Of a stretch of 64,000 nt of DNA, positions 57,022 to 64,000 are shown in pieces. Every line of letters begins with the position of its first letter. Positions within the stretch are counted from its first letter, which is position 1. The notes below the pieces were generated by a model that saw nothing but the letters and a program-made list of their open reading frames with translations, had not been told where the DNA came from and searched no databases. The DNA comes from Vermamoeba vermiformis (taxonomy: Eukaryota). The position numbers and the translations under genes are program-made. The stretch lies in NCBI GenBank assembly GCA_045837725.1, contig JBEWZL010000066.1:372001-436000 (forward strand), in the 5' to 3' direction.

Positions 57022-58100
57022 TTATGCTAGTACAGAAAGGGTTGCCGCGAGTAAAATAACGAAGAAAGCTGTCGGACCATGACTGGATGTGCCCGATGTT
57101 GTCGTTGCCTTTGGTGTTGCTGTAGGAGTTGCCGTAGGACTTAGAGAGCTGGGTTGATTGCTCGTAGGGGCTACACCTACAGTGCAGATCTTGCCGTCAC
57201 CAGTGTAGCCTTCATTGCACGTGCATTCGTAACTCCACGACTTCATCGCGCATGATGCGTTTGGATCGCAGTCGTGCAGATCCGTTGCGCACTGGTCTTG
57301 CGGAATAATCCAGAGGTCGTTGAAAATATTCCCCGAAAGAGTCGGATAACTTTCTCCGCCAAAGATAAGCAAGTTGCCCTTAGCATTGAGACCGTGTTCG
57401 ATTGCGTAGCTGTGTCTGGATCCCAGCTGAGATCCTGCGCCGCGGTACTGGCCGTACACGTGATTGACGTTAGTATCGTTGTTTGGATTGCCAAAAACGA
57501 CTTTCCAAAGTTTGCTAGTCTTGTCGAATATCCAAATGTCGTTCAAAGCCGTGTTTTTGGATGCAATTCTTCCGCCGTACATCATGATAGTGCCATCCCG
57601 CCTGTCAACCATACTCGCCAGATCACGTTGACACGGGAAATTTCCGATGTCAAAAGTGTCAAATGAGACAACATTGCCCTGGAACAACGTGCTGTTCGTC
57701 TCTCGCTCAACGCGCCACGTGACATTTTTGGTGTCAAATGACCACATGTCATTCCAGTTCGTAGGACTCGTTTCTGCGTACCCGCCAAACAGCCACACGC
57801 GATCATCCGTGTCAATCGTGCAGCCTGGGGCCCATCGACCAGGCCAGAAGAGATTGGCGTAGTCCGGATCTTGAACGGCGGATGTCGGATCTCCATGCTG
57901 CAGACTCCACATGTGCGATGTCGTGTTGTAGTGCCACACGCCACTGAAAGCTCTGTTATAATAGCCGCCAAACATCCAAAGATTGTTCTTCGAGTCAACG
58001 ACCATGCATGCGCCTTGAAGTCGACCAGGCCAGTACTGTGCGGATGCAACTCCGGGTGCAATTTTTTTTTTTTTTTTGGGTCCCGTTTGTGTTTGTGGTG

Positions 58101-58131
<31 letters not shown>

Positions 58132-58475
58132 TTTTTGTGGGGGGGTTTTTTTTTTTTTTTAAAAAAAAACCCCCCCCCCCCCCCCCCCTCGGAAAGTATT
58201 CAGGGACTACGAGAGTTGTTAATATTTAAACTGAAGAAACGGAATCATATAAGCAAGCAAGATTTGCTTAATGTGGAATTCCAAAAATGATTTAATTTAA
58301 CGTCTGGTCCCAACTTTTTGATACTAAACTGATTGGTGAATAATCAATGTAATTGGTTCTTACCAAAATAGTCGGAGGTTGCATTTAAAGGAGAGATCCA
58401 GAACATTTCAGGTGCTGTTGCAATGACACCCGTTGACAGAACAACGGCATACATAAATAAATGCAACGCCCGCAT
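57022..58475 (-). CDS. Secreted/GPI-anchored Kelch-repeat + EGF-like surface protein
   Basis: Signal peptide MRALHLFMYAVVLSTGVIATA; WMFGG/WLFGG/MYGG/IFGG repeats; EGF CDPNASC…YECTCNEGYTGDGKIC; S/T/P stalk and hydrophobic tail. Confidence 0.85.
58062..58188. repeat. Garbled T/G/A/C homopolymer tract, probable sequencing artefact obscuring a splice acceptor
   Basis: Consecutive homopolymer runs of all four bases directly abutting coding sequence. Confidence 0.65.
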
Positions 58476-58782
58476 TCTTTGAACCGAACAAGTGAAAAAA
58501 CACAGTTGGCCGTTCGTTGTGCTTGTTATGGGGTTTAAACTGGATTTTGTCTGACAGTTTGCAACTGATTTTTGTTGGCTGTCGCATTTTTTTTCCGCTC
58601 GCACTTTTTCATGAACTTTTTTCCTGTACACCTAAAAAGCCGAGGACATTAAAAATTAGGTATTATAATGAATTGGGCTAACAAGCATGTGAGTGACTCC
58701 AACGAGGCTCACAATCATAACGTTTTAAACGTGTAAAAAATGATGAAATTTATTTACAATATTGTTAGTTCTAGATTGAATT

Positions 58783-61161
58783 TTACAAGCAGAACGTCAG
58801 TACGACCAAAGCGAGAATAATTTGAGGAGCAAATTTCATAGCGTGTGAAGTCGTAGGTTCGTTTTTGTTTGGATTATCGATCGGAGTTTGAGGCGTAGTG
58901 TTAGGACTGTTTGGTGAGTTCGAGGAAGGGATCGGAGTTGGTTCGAACGGATAAGGATTCTCAATCACAGTGTAGACTGCACTGACTGAATACGAATCGA
59001 TCGGTTGGATTTCTGCGTGAAAAAATTAGTCAAAAGTGTCAAAGTGTGATTTTAAGTGTCAATGTTTTGGATAGTTATTTGACTCAGAGTCGTATCATAT
59101 TGCATTAATTTAATATTAACTTTTCATTACTACGCGGCTATTATATAATAACAATGTACGAGACATACCTGATTGATAAGAAGCGAATTGGATCTTGTCC
59201 AAGTACGCGGTTCGAATGGGTACGGGCTCGTTGATTTTGATCGAAATGCTTCCAACTAAAGTACCAGCGGGAATATTAAAGTCAGCTAATGGAATGTTGA
59301 ACGTGGACCAATCTGAGTTAGAAATCGGTTGTTTCAAGCCGTAGCGAGGGTGTGAAGTGTGAGCCCAATAAATCGTATCAGGGGCCGCTGCTGACGCCAA
59401 ACCGACCATAAGACTCTTGTAGCTGTCAAGAGGTCCGAATTGTGCCTATTTTGGAAAGTGGATAAATATTTGCAAAGTTAAAATTTTCGTCGAAACATGA
59501 TGCTTCGCAATAATACTTACGCTAAGACTGAAGTGCGAGAAGTTATCAATATTGACTGCTTGAGCCCCGTCAGTGATAGCCATAACAAACATTTGATTGA
59601 CTTCGGCAGAGAACTTCAATTCTTGCGTGCCTTCAAACGGGGTGACTTCATTCGATGCTGACCATGAATTACCACTATTATTGCAATTAAGATTAATATC
59701 ATTGACCCAATTGAATTTTGCGGCAACTTACACGGCATTCCAAGTGTTTTCGAACTGATCCAAGAACACATTATGAACTAAAAAAATCATTGAGTGAATT
59801 TTGTGCAAGTGAAGGTTTGACAGTTGATTTACCTTGACCATTCTCAACGGTAGTCAGTTTGACTTGCCCGTTCAATGGATAAGGACCACTATTCTCGCAA
59901 TAACTCACTGGAGTGGGCGCAGGAAGTTGAGGCATAGTGGGCAAGTTGTTCGAAGTGAGTGCTGGAACTGCACAGTTATCTGCGCAGGAGGCTGTTACGA
60001 GCACGCTGTATTCGCCTGAAGGGAACGACAAGCCCCAGTACCAAGCGAACTGACTCGTAGGTGCCGAGACGATCAGCCACAACAAGTTTTGGGTCGTGTC
60101 AAAGTAGTACGAGGTGCGTGTCAATGTCTCAAGTGTCATCGCTTGGGTGAATGTCACTCCCGTAGAATCACTGCAAAATAATCAATATGATATTACCATA
60201 TTAGGCAATATATTATTTCTAGACTTACGTAACAGTGAAGGTAGTTCCAGCTGGATAAGGAATTGCAACGCGGATCCACTCCGAAGCAAGACTTCCAAAT
60301 AAGGAAACTCTCACGGTTGCAGGAGTTTTACCACCACCAAATCCCAACAAATAATTCGAGCCAATTTTCAAGTTCGCTGAATACGAGAGTTGTTGGTTGA
60401 ACGGTGTTGTGCTGCTAGCTGTGTCTTGAGTCAGATCCGTCAAAGGCTTAGCTCGGGCATCGTGAGCAGCTAATTTGATAACCGCCTACACATTGATATT
60501 AGTAATTGTATAAATAGTAGTGACAAATAATAAAATTTTGGTTGGATGTGGATGCCGTTCAAAACTTTTTTCCGTCAGACTTACTTTGCTAGCGATATCA
60601 ATTATAGTGCCCATGAGATTGTTAACTGATTGTTGCAAGATATTTCCGGCCTCGTCTTTGAACTGAACTTGTCTCAAAATATCTTGATTTTTACAAACTG
60701 AAGCGTTCCATGCAGTACTGAAAAGCGGTTAGCTATCGAATTATAATTACCATAAAAGGAAACTTACTTGACGTTACATCCATCAGCCATGACAGAATTC
60801 TTCTCGCTGATCACGAGGTTACCGCAAGTACCAGTAATTGATCCGTCGTTGTCAACGATGACACCTGTCAAAAAGCCGTTCGCAGTTGCAGGCGAGTACA
60901 AATTGGACTGCAAATAGACCTTGTTGGCAACACTGTTGAATTCGAGATTGAAGAATTTGTTCGTTGGTGACGCCACGGCATTACCTGCAAATAGGAACAT
61001 AAGAAATTTAATTGGTAACGGTAAAAAAAGAAATTTCAAAATTGCCAGTAAAAAGCATTTGCGTTTGAATTTAGGGTCATTTTTCATTGTAGAGTTTGAC
61101 ACGTGAAAAAATTTCCTGACACGTGTCGCTTTTCTATTTCATCTTGCGTGTTATTTTTATT

Positions 61162-61197
<36 letters not shown>

Positions 61198-63926
61198 TTT
61201 TCACGTGTCAAAAAGTTTAAATGAAGAATGAACTTACCGTCTTGAATCGTAATTGCGCCAGAAGGACGAGTAACAGATTGAATTTGTTCGTTTTGATAAT
61301 TATAGAAGGTAATCTTGTTGAACAAATTGGCCTTTGAGTCCTCGTTGATTTCTACGCCAAAGATGCCAAGCGACAATTTGCTGCTGTCAATGCGACTGCG
61401 CCCTTGTTCTGCATCACTTGATGGTGTTCCTACATTGTCTGTTTCACCCACAATTAACATGCCTTGAACTACGCATCCGGATCTGGTAGTGCTTGTTAGA
61501 ATTTTTTTCTGCTCAAATAAGTATTAAATGATATTAGTATCGTACCCTGATAATCCAATGCCAATGCCGTTGTCTGCAAGTTGACCTTGGTGAATAACAA
61601 GTGAATCGGATCGTGCGTAAATCGCATAACGGCGGCACTAAAAAAATAACAAAATTAGTCGTTAGATCCGTTTTGACGAGAATTTCTTTTCTCGTACCTT
61701 ATAAGCAGTAAAACCATCGACCACAGCAGGAACATTATTAGCGTACAACATGGCTGTATTAATGTCGGTCAATGCGAGTTGGTCAGCGCCAGTCAAGACG
61801 GAGTTGAGCACAAAGTACGTGTCACGTGGCGCGTACAATGTTTTTTCTTCCAAATGGCCGCCGTTGTCTAACAATCCTCGGTCAAATTCGAGACCGTTTT
61901 CAATGTTACTATGCGCCAAATTGTTAATGAAAAGGCCGAGTTCGGTGTATTGCGGCCACTCTTCCCATGCCCTAAAAAGGAAATTAGACTTATGCCCGTA
62001 GGAAAGCCCGCCGTCTACTTACATATTAGGATTGGCTAAGCCTCGAGGATGCTGTGGTAATGCGAACCAAAAGCCAACAGAACCACCAACAGCAACATTA
62101 CCGACAAAGTTGTTCGAGGGATTGGTAATCCAGAACATCGAGGGCCTTTTTATAAATGACACGTTAGTTTGACATTTTAGACATCCAACAGGATTATTTC
62201 GAAAAAGAAACGAAGTGTACGCGTGAAAAATTTCAAATTTGACACGTGTCACTTCGTGACATGTTTGTACAAGATGGACTTACCGAACATCGTGAGCTAA
62301 TAAAGTATGAGGACGAGCGTGAATAGCCAAGTTGTAGATCAACGTGTTTTGCAGCTCATTGCCGTCTTCAATGAAGAAACAATGACCGGCACTGTTGTAC
62401 GCGACGTTCCAGCTAACCATCACGTAGTTCACGCCGTGCAAAGTAATGCAGCGCTGAAAAGTGTCGTGAACACTGTTGTCTTTCACATAACTCTTCGAAT
62501 GATTTCCGGCCACGTGGAAGTGGATCGGGTATCGTGCCAAAGTACCGTTTTGTCCCATATGAATGAACTCTGCACCACGAATACGAGCTTCAGTTTGCGG
62601 CATAATCATTAGATGGCCTCCCCTATAGTACAAGACAAAATATTTTTAGCCGATTAGATTTCATAGGCTCAATAAAAAGTTGTTCGGAAGTATCGACTTG
62701 AAAAGGAAAATTATTTTGAAATGTGTTCAAGGTGGAATATTAGCGTACCAGCCAATAGAACCCGAGTTTCCAGAAATGTCACCAATGACTTTGACATTTC
62801 GTGTCAAAAGCCCGACTTCAGCACGCATTTCAATGACGCGATCGTTGACTTGCCAAGTTTGGCCCCAATGCATGTATTGAAGTGTTTCATTTAACACCAC
62901 AACATTACTATATCAATATACAAAACGATTAGTATAATCAAATATCATTATTGAAAGAGAATTCGGTAAAGTTTTGAAATCACTTTCGGTCGCGGGATCC
63001 AATTGCCGCGGAGGCAATATATTCACATCAAAACCGTTCACAGAAGTAAAATACCGTTTGAAAAGTCATAAAAATTATATAACAAGCTTATCAAGTTTAA
63101 GTCAAATTACCTCGCAGGTTTTTCAACGATGGTCCTTCGCTCGTGTTGGTGTCTGTCTGAGTACTCGAAGTCAGTGCTGGCAATAACAATTTCATCGCCT
63201 ATTTGCCACTTCACAGCTTCTAACAGCGTAAGTCGGTCGCTGCCTTTGACAGCAGTTTCACCGAGTCGCGTCCAAGTGGGCTTGTGAACGGATCCGTGAA
63301 TGTCCAACTGAGTGCCAGGATAGACTCCAAGAACTTAAAAAAATAATTTTTAATACATAGTTGTATATTAAGGAAACGTATATATAGTTATTTGGAGGTT
63401 TCTCAAGATCAAGAAGAAAATTGAATTCCGAATCTGCTTTACCTTTTGAGCCCATGCCTTCGAACGGCAAGTTACTCCAGTCTCCATGAAGGGTTATGAT
63501 AGCAGTGCTAGTATAATCGCAATCTTCGCTGCCTAAAGGTAGAATGTATGAGTAATTCGTTCATGAATCTGGATCCGCACTGTGTACTGCAAGGAATTTC
63601 TAGTGTTGAGTAAAAATAAGTAAAATTAATACTATACCTATCCATAAGTGACCTCCATTCATAAGATAGATGAAGTGTGCGTCGAGAGTCAGATTTCGTT
63701 CGTCAAAAATCAGCTCTCCTTCAATTTTCAAGTAGTGCATTAAAGGCGGGCTAACATCGAGTAAAATTGATGTGCCACTAGGGATAGTAATGTTTTGCAT
63801 CGTTTGTGTCGGTTTTTGATTCCATGCGGACCATTTTTGCAGTCCTGCACGTTGGTGAGGACAATCCGCATAGATCTTGAGAACAAAAACCGATAAAAAT
63901 ATAATAAAATATGCTTTGTGTTGCAT
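58783..63926 (-). CDS. G8-domain / PbH1 beta-helix surface protein (TMEM2/CEMIP/fibrocystin-like)
   Basis: Signal peptide; G8 (ITIPSGTSILLD…LKIEGELIF…GGHLWIG); WQIGDEIVIASTD, AEVGLLTRNVKVIG, GTLARYPIHFH, HDTFQRCITLHG, GHCFFIEDGNE, FWITNPSN. P/T/N stalk and hydrophobic C-terminus; many introns. Confidence 0.9.
62222..62251. promoter_or_regulatory. Intronic palindromic motif TGACACGTGTCA with adjacent CGTGAAAAA
   Basis: Exact 12-mer at 62240-62251 in a G8-gene intron; near-copies at 61097-61127 and 61202-61210 in another intron. Confidence 0.5.
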
Positions 63927-64000
63927 GATTATTTACAAAAACTGGTACTAACTACTTTTTGCGAGTTGAAATACTGGAGCGAATAGAAAAGATAATTTTA

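Noticed and set aside
57871-58290. Phe/Pro-rich ORFs and possible G-quadruplex or telomere-like tract
   Set aside because: These derive from garbled homopolymer runs with no repeat unit; likely artefact.
1-64000. CRISPR arrays, transposase/RT genes, rRNA or snRNA genes, prokaryotic operons
   Set aside because: None seen. The TGACACGTGTCA copies are dispersed in introns rather than arrayed with spacers.

Overview
Gene-dense nuclear DNA from a unicellular eukaryote. It uses the standard genetic code and has many short AT-rich GT-AG introns (donors gtaagt/gtacgt, ctaa-type branch points). The gene content points to an amoebozoan-like protist; this is inference from receptor kinases with HRDVAARN, G8/TMEM2-like and Cys-rich surface proteins, and PA-7TM proteins. 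I assembled about 26 genes by hand across introns and found one degenerate tRNA-Asp. The most striking items are: (1) a single gene encoding six Kelch repeats + F-box + Ras GTPase + CaaX, with Pro at the Ras Q61 position; (2) a single-pass cell-surface receptor whose cytoplasmic part is an NF1/p120-type RasGAP domain; (3) a catalytically dead arginine-deiminase domain fused to an intact CtlX-type amidinohydrolase; (4) a 12-bp palindrome TGACACGTGTCA recurring in introns of unrelated genes, often followed in transcript sense by TTTTTCACG; (5) an intronless 14-3-3 with a remodelled phosphopeptide groove. Several single-base frameshifts and garbled homopolymer tracts most likely reflect sequencing or assembly errors. 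All family assignments come from motif recognition by eye, not database searches, and exon boundaries are manual predictions.
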